A stretch of 63,863 nt of DNA, filler included, from Reclinomonas americana ATCC 50394 (lineage: Eukaryota): the NCBI GenBank assembly GCA_048213135.1. It is 17 parts of 17 records of this genome, joined end to end, with 100 filler letters (N's around TTAATTAATTAA, not from the genome) between each part and the next. Parts side by side here need not be neighbours in the genome. Positions count along the whole stretch, not along the records: positions 36,544 to 38,979 come from AFZH01021244.1; positions 39,080 to 40,320 come from AFZH01021245.1; positions 40,421 to 49,885 come from AFZH01021246.1; positions 49,986 to 55,717 come from AFZH01021247.1; 13 more parts are not named here. One strand, written 5' to 3'. Positions within the stretch are counted from its first letter, which is position 1; the number at the start of each line of letters is the position of its first letter. Below the pieces are notes generated by a model. The model did no database searches. It worked only from the letters and a program-made list of their open reading frames with translations, and had not been told where the DNA came from. The position numbers and the translations under genes were made by a program. Below, in pieces: positions 38,687-50,090 of this stretch.

Positions 38687-39116
38687 AATATGTGTCGTTG
38701 TCGGCAAGAGACATGTTGACGGATGAAGTGTTGTTCTTTTGTTCTGCGACTGGGTTGTTTCCTTCTGCGCTTTTGTTTCTGTAGTATCGATCCTTCTCGA
38801 CTGTGCTCTTGTGGAACAACAGAGTGAACACTGCAAAATCTACCTGAAGATTTGTGCTTGTATCGGACTTGGTCATCAAGAGCTGTTGTATATGAGTTAA
38901 CACTTCACGAACACGCTTCCCTGCACACGAATGTAGTGAGTGCAAGGCAGGCGACTTCCGAGCGATGAGACAATAGTTANNNNNNNNNNNNNNNNNNNNN
39001 NNNNNNNNNNNNNNNNNNNNNNNTTAATTAATTAANNNNNNNNNNNNNNNNNNNNNNNNNNNNNNNNNNNNNNNNNNNNAACGTACGGTAACGGTACGTC
39101 CTTCCTTTACTTCTAC

Positions 39117-39169
<53 letters not shown>

Positions 39170-39373
39170 GTTCATTTTCTTGGTGTATAAAAGCCTTTCT
39201 GTTTGCTTTCTCGGGGAAAGAACGCCTCACAGCGCATCAGCGCTGCACAAAAGGCAGAGGAGAGCACTCCGTGACACTCTTTCCCGAATGTGAAGTGAGT
39301 GTACACGCAGGCGACTTCCGATCGCGCGTCCTGTGTCACGGCGAACACTCACACTCCGTCACGCACACACAGA

Positions 39374-40320
39374 ATGGCAGCGAAGGTACGTGCGTGTGTG
39401 TGCAGTTACCGCGCGCTCTTCACAGCCTCATGCGTCTCTTCTCAGGTCTTGCGCGGTCACGCCGGCGAGGTAATGTCGGTCGCTGTCACTCCCGACGGCC
39501 AACACATTGTGAGTGGTGGTGTCGACAACACGTTGCGAGTGTGGTCACTGGCGAGTGGAGAGGAGGTGCGACGCATTGAGAGCCACAAGTCAATGAGGAG
39601 AGTTGCCGTGACTCCCGACGGTCAGCACGTGGTCAGCCTCGGTTATGACACGCTGAGCCTATGGTCACTGGCCAGTGGGGAGGAGGTGTGGCGAATGGTG
39701 GGGCACGTCAGGACTGTATTCTGTGCCGCCGTCACTCCCGATGGCGAGCACGCTGTCAGCGGCGGTTTCGACATGACAGTGCGCGTGTGGTCACTGGCGA
39801 GCGGTAAACACTGGAGTTGTCATGTCAATGGCCGTCGCTCTCGATGGTCAGTACGCTGTCGCTGGAGGCGCGGGTGTAACCGTGTGGTCACTGGCTAGCG
39901 GTGCACTGGTGCGACAGTCCCGATGGCCAGTTCATAGTGAGCGGGAGTCGCGACGCCACCGTGCGCGTGTGGTCCATGGCGAGTGGCGAGGAGGTGCGGC
40001 GAATGGACGGGCACACTGAGAGCGTGCAGTCTGTCGCCATCACTCCCGATGGCCAGCACATAATGAGTGGTAGCAGAGACCAAACTGTGCGTGTGTGGTC
40101 TCTGGCTGACGGAAAAGAGGTGCGACGGCTTGTGGGGCACCTTGGCGAGGTGACCTCTGTCGTCGTCACTCCCGATGGCCGACACATTGTGAGTGGCAGC
40201 GACCACGACGACTGCACGATTCGAGTGTGGTCCTCGCCTCGCGGACTGGTCGGACACGAGGTCGCAGCCGCAAGAGTGGCCGTGCTGGCTGTCAACGAGC
40301 TGCTCGCCGAGGATGATGAT
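39374..40320 (+). pseudogene. WD40 array gene 8, two internal frameshifting deletions; 3' end in the gap
   Basis: Exon 1 MAAK, exon 2 from 39446. Deletions near 39805 and 39917 remove EEVRRLEG / GH..V segments. Confidence 0.75.
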
Positions 40321-40432
40321 NNNNNNNNNNNNNNNNNNNNNNNNNNNNNNNNNNNNNNNNNNNNTTAATTAATTAANNNNNNNNNNNNNNNNNNNNNNNN
40401 NNNNNNNNNNNNNNNNNNNNCGTACGTACGTC

Positions 40433-40518
<86 letters not shown>

Positions 40519-40537
40519 CTTGTCCATTTTCTTGGAT

Positions 40538-40654
40538 TATAAAAGCGGTCAGTTTGCTTTCTCGGGGAAAGAATACGCTGCACTAATGGTGAGGAGAGCA
40601 CTCCGTGACGCTCTTTCCCGAATTCGAAGTGAGTGAAAGGCAGGCGACTTCCGA
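40538..40654 (+). promoter_or_regulatory. Putative WD40-family promoter: TATAAAAG + conserved GCAGGCGACTTCCGA
   Basis: TATAAAAG at 40538 and 39186. GCAG(G/A)C(G/A)ACTTCCGA recurs at ~31964, 33397, 36407, 37012, 38947, 39307 and 40640, 50-100 nt upstream of the ATG wherever the ATG is visible. Confidence 0.45.
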
Positions 40655-40691
40655 TCGCTCGTCCTGTGGCACGGCGACACTCTCACGCACA

Positions 40692-41803
40692 ATGGCAGCG
40701 AAGGTACGTGCATGAGTGTGCAGTTGCCGCGCGCTTTTCACAGCCTCATGCGTCTCTCTCAGGTTTTACTTGGTCACACCGACGACGTAATGTCGGTCGC
40801 TGTCACTCCCGACGGAACTCACATTGTGAGTGGCAGCAAGGACACCACCGTGCGAGTGTGGTCACTGGCGAGTGGGAAGGAGGTGCGACGAATGGAGGGA
40901 CACACTGACATGGTGTGGTCCGTTGCTGTCACTCCCGATGGTCGGTGCGCTGTGAGTGGAAGTGCCGACATGACTGTGCGAGTGTGGTCCTTGGCGAGTG
41001 CGAGGCAGGTGCGACTGCTGGAGGGACACCATGGCCATGTGTGGAGTGTCGTCGTGCCTCGTGGCGGGCAGCACGTTGTGAGTGGAGGCCGAGACAGGGT
41101 TGTGCAAGTGTGGTCACTGGCGAATGAGAAGCGAGTTCTCTGGTTGGAGGGACACCGTGACGATGTTCACTGCGTTGCCATCACTGCCGACGGTAAGCGC
41201 ATTCTGAGCGGGAGTGAAGACAAGACAGTACGAGAGTGGTCGCCGGCGAGTGGGAAGGAAGTGCGGCTGCCGCTGCGACACTACGGTGCAGTGCGCTGCA
41301 TTGCTGTCACTCCCGATGGCGAGCACATTGTGAGCGGGTGTAAGGGGGATCCAGTTCGCGTGTGGTCGCTGGTGACTGGGGAAGAGGTGCGACGGTTGGA
41401 TGAACACTCTATTGGTGTGTTGTCTGTCGCCGTCACTCACAACGGTGAGCATATTGTGGGCGCGGTCTGTGACAGCAGCTGGTCAATACGAGTGTGGTCA
41501 CTGACGAGTGGAGAGGAAGTGCGACGGCTGGAGGGACACACCTACGTCGTGTGGTCTGTCGCCGTCACTCTCGATGGCCAACACATTGTGAGTGGCAGCG
41601 GAGATAAAACGATCCGTGTGTGGTCCTCGCCGCGGGGGTTGGCATGGCGAGAGTTTAGGGCTGCGCGATTGGCCGTGCTTGCCGTCAACAAGCTGCTGGC
41701 CGAGGATGATGATGAGCGCGACTGGATCCTGGTCGACGTAGTGCTGCGGTGCTTCGTGCTCGAGGATGCAGAGGTGATTGAGCGGCGGGCGGAAGGGTGG
41801 TGA
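40692..41803 (+). CDS. WD40 array gene 9, intact
   Basis: Exon 1 MAAK (40692-40703), exon 2 from 40763. Seven repeats and the tail ...ERRAEGW*. Confidence 0.92.
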
Positions 41804-41916
41804 AAGTGGTGGCGAAGGAGTAGATCGTGAATGTTGGCATGGGAGGCTCCTGCTGTTTCTTTTTGGTTTTGTTTCTCGTCGACATCTTCATAAAGGGTTG
41901 CAGACTGCTTCTCCAA

Positions 41917-44900
41917 TCACCAACCCGACAAAAATCTCTCAAACATCCGAGTGTCATCTCCCGGCACGCTTTGCAGCAACTCTTGCAGCACTGCACCATC
42001 AAACCAATAAGTCACTCACAACTTGCGCACAAGTGCACAGAAGCTGACGCCGCGACTCACCACTCAGCCTCGCGTGCTCCGCCCGCGTAGTCAAACGCAT
42101 CGACAACTGCTGCTGCTGCTGCTGTTCCCGCTCCACACCGAAACTCGACAACCACCGTCCAAGCGCCTCTGCACACATACACACACACAAACACACACAC
42201 GGGTGTGAGTAGCACAGCAAGCCCCAACAGAGTAAACTCCAATCTCACTCACCAACAATATCCGCTCGCGCATCCCGCCGCGCCACAATCGCGCCCACAC
42301 TGGACGGCTGCACGAGGATGGTGTGTTGTAGCACCTGGAGTGGAGCGTAGTACTTGTCGTGCAAGTCGGCGGGCGCAAGCAGGCGATCACCGCCCGCCCC
42401 GATGGACGCCTCCAGGTAGTCGACCAGGCCTCGTGCCACGCAGTACACTGCAAACTCGGCGCACGAGCCGAACTGCAGCTGTGCAGTGTGACCGGCGATC
42501 GCCAGCGGCACCACCTGACGACCGTGCATGTCGTCGCTCTGGTCGTCATCCATCTCCGTCCAAGTGCTGACGATGCGCGAGATTTGTGCAATCAGGCCGC
42601 GTGCAGCCGGTCCACGTACGGCCACTTGAGCGACAGAAAACACCAGGCAGAGTGATGCGGCCGTCGACGATTCGGCGCACGCACGCAACACAGAGGCGCT
42701 GACGGATCTGTGCGGCAGAGAGATGATAAGAGGGAAGGGGCGACGACCATGTGGGGCGCGCGGCGATGCGCACCTTCCTCGCAAGGCCGCCTGCAACGGT
42801 CGCAGTGTGCACAAACAAGCAAGGCGCAACGGAGTGTCGTCCGAGGCGGTGGCGAGCGAGGCCAGCAGCCACGGATTTGACGACAACCACGCCTGGTGTA
42901 GCAGTCAGGCGCACACAACCAGTATGGGAAGAGTGAGAGCGGGAGAGTGACGCACATCGACTTCTTCCAGTTCCTCATCGCGAACGCCGCGGAGCGCGGA
43001 TTCCACGAAAGCGAGGAAGGTTGAAGGTAGTGAGCCGCGGGGGAAGGCTGTCCAGAGGGAAGATGACGGCTTGCAGCCGTGAATGTCCAGCAGGGTGGAG
43101 AGGGCGGAGGCGAGTGTGCGGGCTGGGAAAGGGGAGAAGGGGGAAGGGGAGAAATGGGGTAGGGGGAAAGGTGGGAAGGGGGAGAAAGGGGGAAGGGGAG
43201 TAAGGGGAGGGGGAAGGGGGAGAAAGGGGGAAGGTGGGCAGATGGGAAGGAAAGTGAGAAAGTGGGGAAGGGTGAAAGGAGGGAAGGTGGGAAGGAAGGG
43301 GGGAAGGGAGGAAGGGGGTGAAAGGGGGAAGGAGGGAAAGGAGGGAAGGTGGGAAGAGGGGAAGGGGAAAGGGAGGAAATGGGAAGGGGAAAGGTGGGAA
43401 GGGGTAGGTCGACAGGGAGAGAGGGGAAGTAAGAGGAAGAGAGAAATTGAGACAGAGAAGAAACGGGAGAGAGACAGAGAGAGGGGAGAAGAAAAAGAAA
43501 CAACAGAGAGAGAGAGAGAGAAGAAGAAGAAGAAGAAGAAGAAGAGAGAATAGATGGAGGAAGGAGAAAGGAAAGAGAAAATTGAAGACAGAGATCACAG
43601 AAGACGACGAGACGATGGATGTGGAAGCGGGAGAGAAAGAGAGAATAGATGAATGCAGACTGAGATGGAGAATGAAGAAAGGATGAGAGACGAAAGAGAG
43701 ATAGAAAGAAACAAAAATGGAAGAGAGGGAGAGAACAGAAGTGACGCAAAATATATATATAAAGACGAAGTGAGAGGACTGACCAAAAGCAAAAGGGAAA
43801 CGATAGGAAGAGAGAGAGAGAGAGGATGGCGTCAAGAGGATGGCGTCAAGAGAATGGAGAAACGGTGAGAGAAACAGAAGGTGGACGTGAAGTGAAGAAA
43901 AAGCGATGGCTTACAGACCAAACAGTAAGCGTGCGATGAATGTGCGAGAAAGAAACAAGGAAAGACAGTTGCATGAATTGTACACGAGGAAGGGAGAGAG
44001 AGAAACGGACACTAAAAGACAGCGTCACCTACTAACAGCCATCTATTGTGCAGCACTCACCACAGTCTCCTTGATACGACAGCAAGCTGAGCACGCTGAA
44101 CGCGCAAGAAGCTATTCGAGTCCGAGCTGGAGAAGAAAACCATGTCAGTATGAATGCTACGCCGCAATCAACGATTCATCGGTTACATTCTGCTAGCACA
44201 CGCTTACTGACCAGCGCTGTTGCTCTCCGCGCATCCGCTCGCCTCCACAAACACATACAAACTTATGCTCTGTTTTCGTGCAGTCTCCTCGTTTCAACAA
44301 ACTGGGGGTGCGTTCCGTCCCAACAATCTCTAATCTACACGAGCTATACTTGTGCCCAATGTCACAATGCGCACTTGCGCAGTTTGTCAATCCCACACAC
44401 CGTCACTCGCTCACTGCGGTCACTCATACACTCCACTCGCCGACTCACTTGTGCCCACACTCACTGATTTACAAACATTCTCCTGTGCACTCATTCAGTA
44501 TGCTCTATGCACTCAGTCATTCGCTCGCTCACTCGCCATTCATCACACTCTCACCTTCGCCATCGACTGCATCACTCCCTTCAACCACCCGCCTCAGCGT
44601 CGACCACATCACATCGCCTTCGATCGCACACTGGCCGAGCAGGTGACTGGCGACAAGCACTGCAGCAGCAAGGAGGCAAGTCAGTGCATGTACGACTTGG
44701 TTTCCCCATTGCAGACACCCCACTCGCACCAGCACCAGCGGTCGCCACATGCTCGCCTCTTTGCCACATGGCCAGCACCAGACACTCGAACACGGCACTC
44801 CATTGCTCGCTCTTCGCCTGCGATAAGCGATGAGCCTCCAATGTGTTTCATCCATTCCCCTTTCAAGAACGCAACAGGCGATTCATCGACACGACGTCCT

Positions 44901-46912
44901 TTCATCTGCGTACACGCGATAGTCAGCAGGCTTCTTCTTACAAGGGTGATGCGAGGGAAACGCAACCAAAAACGGTGCAATAAAGCGCGCCAGGAAGCGC
45001 AAGCGAGCGGCCTCCGCCAGCCCATCTTGACCCAGCGGCACAGCAAGCTCCATTCGCATAATGTGCAACAGAGCCTCGCGCCGCTCAGCAGCCTGTGCGT
45101 CTCATCATGAGATGCGCTGCGAACCGCGCACATGATTCGCGCGACACTCACTGTCAAGTTAGCAAACGAGAATGGATCCACTGTGCGCGGCAGAAATCGC
45201 AGAGCGCGTGAGGCATCGGTGAAGCCACGAAGCGACCGCTGCAGATGCGCCTCCAGGTCGCCGTCACTGTCGCGGGATATCAGTCGCCATACAGGGAGGG
45301 TGGCAGATGAGTGGACGTACCTGCCACCACTCGACACCAGCATGCTCGTCGACATGACCGTGAGTCTGTGCAGCAGCCACCACAAGTGCACCTTGATGAC
45401 GATCGGGAGCGCTGATGTTTGTGTGTCGATGGTGCGCGAGGAGACCAGCGCCTGTACCAGGTGCGTGCCCACGTCCAATTGTCGCAGCATGTCGGTCACT
45501 CTCCACTGGCTGTCGCCGCGCGGTGACGAGGTGATGAGGCGGCACACCGCGGCTGCGAAGAAAGGGGATGAAGGGATGAGGGAAAGAAGGGGAAGGGAAA
45601 GGAAAAGCTGAGAGGAATGAAGGGGAAAGGAACGAGAGAGGAATGAAGGAAAAAGGAATGAGAGAGAAGAGGGTTGGAAGAGAAAGGTCAACGAGAGATA
45701 AGGATGGAAGTGGAGTAGAGGCAAAAAGAGATGAGAGAGAGAGAGAGAGAGAGAGTGAGCGAGAGAGAGAGAAAGAGAGCAAGAAGGATAGAAAGGGCAA
45801 GAGAGGGAAACAGAAAGCGAATGAAAGAGTAAAACAGAGTCGAGACCGGGAGAAGAGAGTGAGAGAGAGAGAAAAACAGAGTCGAGAGCGGGAGAAGAAA
45901 GAGAGAGAACGAGAGAGAGCGAGAGAGGGAGAGAGAGCGCGAGTGAAAGAGAAAAAGAGTCGAAAGCGGAAGAAGAGACAAACGGCAACGAAAGGAAAAA
46001 GAAACAGCAACTCGGATAGGCACTTCCACTGCAGGTGCCGGCGTGATCTCTTGTATCTGCGTGATTCATGTCACTCGTGCTCACAGTCCCCTCTGTGTGT
46101 GCTATTGTGCTACCCATGACAAGATGCAGTGTCACCACGCCAGGTGAGAAAACGAGAACGCCGCTCTCTTCATCGACTGACGACGGAGACCGAAACGAAT
46201 GTGACGAGAAGCAAGGTCTGGGGCAAGAACTACGCCCTCAGTGGCGCGCTGCCAAGAGTCACACAGACAGAAAACACTCCCAACTGCCCCTTCCCACTTC
46301 GACAAACTCAAGAGAGAGATCACGACTGGAAAGGCGGTAAAGATAGAAGAGACACGAAGAAGAAAGCAATAAAGGCGGTCTTCGCTCCCAGAATCACCTT
46401 GACGACGACCATCGACCGATGCACTCAGCATGTGAGCCATCCAGCGAGCCGTAGCAGACATGTGAGGTGACTGACCAGCACTCATACGTCAGCATGCATA
46501 TAACACACAACAAGTCAGCACTCCCCCCACTCAACGCTTGCTATCGCCTCCTCCAATGCCGAAAGACTCTGTGCGGCCACTTGCTCGATGATCAGCAGCT
46601 CCAGCTCTCCAAGCTCTGTGCAATCGGATGACAGGCTCAGCGCGAATACGCAGACATTTGACAACTGCCACCAACGCACCGCCAACTGTCGACGCCGGTT
46701 CGGCAGCCAATAACTGCAGCAGCTGGCCAATGCCACTGACAATAGAACCTGGCGCGTTCTGCATCACGGCCATCAGGGAGGCCATGGATTGCTCCGTGAG
46801 TTGGTACGAGTCTGCGCAGTAGTGAATAAAGGAGATTCAATCAACGGGTAGTGGTCAATCTACGTGAAGGCTCTCACACTTTCCCACATCACATACACAC
46901 ACATACATACAC

Positions 46913-46994
<82 letters not shown>

Positions 46995-49885
46995 ACATAC
47001 ATACACGCAAACACATGTACACACACAACAAAACACATCATTCACCACATTGCAATAATGTAACAAAGGTCCATAAACCCCTTGCCGACAATGACCACAG
47101 CACAAACGATCATAATGTTCTCCAAACAGTCATCTTCCCTTTCGGGAGAGCTGGCTGATGTGCACACATACATACATACTCACATACTTTCTCTTCTCTA
47201 CCACGCACTCTCTCTCTCCCTCTCTCCCTCTCTCTTCCCCATCTGCAAACTCACCTCGTATCCGAAAATTAGTCACCGCATCACGCCACCATTCATCCAC
47301 ACTCGGCACTGTGATATCCACAATCTCCACAGCCTGCGCTGCCGCCGCGATCGATGCCCCGCCAACTGTCGTCGCTGCCGTCGTTGGAGAGTCCCCTGAA
47401 CCCGCCAGCAACCACGCGCCAGCCCACTTCTTCTCCACCAGATAGCTCCTCAGGCGCATGGCGACACCCGACGATCGCTGCGACAGTGCTGCCAGAAATT
47501 CGCCCTCCCACCAGCGCGGGCGCAACAGCCGCAACTTTTGCAGCGCCGGATGCACCGTTCCCTCCCTATCAAACAGCGCCAGTGCCTCGTCCACCTCGGC
47601 CTCCACCGCCGCAACCGCACCACCGCCCTCGCCAGCCGCACCGGCCACAGAAGATGCCGCCTCCAGCATGGACACAGATGTCATCTCACGAGCGGGACGC
47701 AGCGGTGACACCACGGTCGCCGCGGACGACACGGCGGCGACATAGGTCTCAATGAGCTCTCGAGTGGACAGCGGTGGTGGCGGCGTGGCGCCGACAATTC
47801 CCAGGAGGGCTTGGCATGTGCACTGCACCCGGAAGGAATGAGGGGCAAGCAAAGAAAACGATGCACTCAGAACAACTTCCTCTCACACACCTTGGAGAAC
47901 GGCGGCGTCTCATACACCAACAGTGCGGTGAGCACATCGAGCAACGCCGTCAGCACCGCCTCATCCATCCGAATCGCGTCTCCTTCACCGCCGCTCTCCA
48001 TCACCAGCGAGCGCAGCCACACATCGTAGGGCTTGCGCAGGGTGTCGCGGCAGGCGACGAGGATGCATCGAATGAGCACAATGAGGTCGACGCACTGCGA
48101 GCACCACTGCTGGCGGTGGAGAGGGGTCGAACAGGAGGCCAGGAGTTGCAGGCGGGTGACCAGGGCGGTGGAGAGCACGGTGAGGAGGCGGGAGAGGTGC
48201 GGGCGGTCGAGGGAGGAGCAGGCGGTGGTCCAGCAGGTGGCGGTGGGCTGCGCAAAGGAGAGGGGGGAAAAGGAGAAGCGTGGGAGGAGAGGGATGGGAA
48301 GGAAGAGAGGGAAGAGAGGGGGGAAAGGGGAGGTGAGAGAGTGAACTTCAAGCTTCAACAGCTTCTCTTTCACCGTGCCACTCACCAACGCCACAGACAC
48401 CGACGATTGCAATGACGGAGATTCAGCGACGAGCGGTAATCTTAGCAGCACGGAACACACGGACTCGGACGGCAGCAGTCTCGTCACCGCAGTAATCATA
48501 ATCATCGGTGAGCGGTCGTCCACTTGCGATTGGAGAATCTGTGCGAGACACAATCAGCTCACGTTTAGACCAGGAAGTAGCAGAGTGCGCAACATGCACG
48601 AGTGGCGCCGCCTCAGCGTCCTCCGTTGCCTGCGTTTGTGCGTTCACGAGCTGCGCAGTAGCGTGAGAGAAAGGAATGCGCATGTTGCCGACAAGTAGAG
48701 TGCACGGACCGATCGCACGGACGAGGTCCGCGTCGGTAAAGTGACGCACTTGCCAAAGGAGGACTCAATGAGGTGGGTGAGGAGGAGGGTGGTGACGGCG
48801 GCGCCTTTGAGCCATTGCTCGATGCAGCGGAGGACTTCGTCGAGCAGAAGAGGTCTGCGGAGGGAGAAGGCCGAGGGGAAGGGAGGGGAGAAGGGAAGGG
48901 AGGGAGAGGGGAAGGGTGTGGAAGGGAGGAGAAGGGAAGGGAGGGAGAGGGGAAGGGAGTGGAGAGAGCGGAAGGGTGAGGGAAATGGTGAGGAAAGAAG
49001 TATGAGAGGGAGTGGGATGGGAAAGACGAGGAACAGGGCGACGAGACAGTTGGTAAGAGAGGAATGGTGAGGAAACGGATGAGAAGGATGAGGAGAACGG
49101 TGAGGAGAAGGGGAATGCTCGACGGAAAAGACGAAAACTGGTGGAGAACAGAAAGGCAATAAATGGGCGAGGAAGAGGCAGACATGAAAAGAAGGATGAG
49201 ATTGAGTGAGAACGGCTTGGGCGAGAGGAAGTGCGGGGAATTTGGCGGGGTAAACAGCGAGAAGAGTCAAATGTCAAGAGTCAGAAAGAAAGGTCGAGAG
49301 AAAGGGCGAGGAGACGAGAGTGGAAAGAAGAAGGTTGAGGGAAGAAAAAGGCGAACGCACGGATGAGTATGAATGAGAAGGACTAACGGAAGAGAGTAAG
49401 GGAAGGAGAAGTGCAGAGAAACAAGAGGCCAGAATGAGGAGGCGAAGGTTCAAGAGTCAAGTATACAGAGAAAAGGTGAAGAAGGAGAGAAGAGAGCAGT
49501 ACGTTGAGAAGCGGTCGAGAAGGCAACGCGTGCAAGTCTAACCTGGCTTCCCCAACAGAGAATAGCGCTTGCGTCATTACGCGACGGACGAGCGAGTCCT
49601 CCAGAGCCGCATTCTCAAACAGCGAACTCAAGGCCACTGTGTACGACGGTGAGTCAGCTGGAGATAACGAGCTGCATTGTGCACCACGTGTGACCCACCG
49701 ACACAGCTGAGCTCTGGCGGGTTCGTGCGCTCCGGCAGCGCCAGCAGGATGAGCTCGTCGGCCACCACTGCCGCCATGTGTGCCGCAAGCTCGCTCCTCT
49801 GACACTGCGCCGAGAAAATGAGTCTTGGTGCATGCATAAGGAGCGTGCGCAAAAAAATAAACCTGCTGCGCATAGTCCACGACAG
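41917..49885 (-). CDS. FANCA: Probable Fanconi anemia group A (FANCA) homolog, multi-exon, 5' end in the gap
   Basis: EVDEALALFDREGTVHPALQKLRLLRPRWWEGEFLAAL and PYDVWLRSL...LLDVLTALLVYETP resemble, from recall, conserved FANCA N-domain blocks (DVEKAIMVFEHTGNIP..RRPYYVSHFLPALL; YADWF...LSELVPFESP). Large helical protein. Confidence 0.65.
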
Positions 49886-50090
49886 NNNNNNNNNNNNNNN
49901 NNNNNNNNNNNNNNNNNNNNNNNNNNNNNTTAATTAATTAANNNNNNNNNNNNNNNNNNNNNNNNNNNNNNNNNNNNNNNNNNNNTCCTTTCATTCATTC
50001 CTCAAACACCGCATCAGTAAAATCAGGCAAAAAAGAACTAAAAACACGATGCAACAACACCCCCTCCCACCCCTCCTCCTCCATCTCTCT

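Noticed and set aside
30529..41803. Diversity-generating retroelement or NLR explanation for WD40 variability
   Set aside because: No reverse transcriptase, template repeat or obvious adenine-specific bias. No NACHT/NB-ARC domain is attached to any copy.
42975..43868. Long F/L/S/P-rich or R/E/G/K-rich ORFs here and in similar tracts
   Set aside because: Translations of intronic CT/GA low-complexity tracts that lack stops by composition.
46917..47005. (CA)n tract with His-Thr / Cys-Val ORFs (also 26795-26877)
   Set aside because: Plain intronic or intergenic microsatellites.
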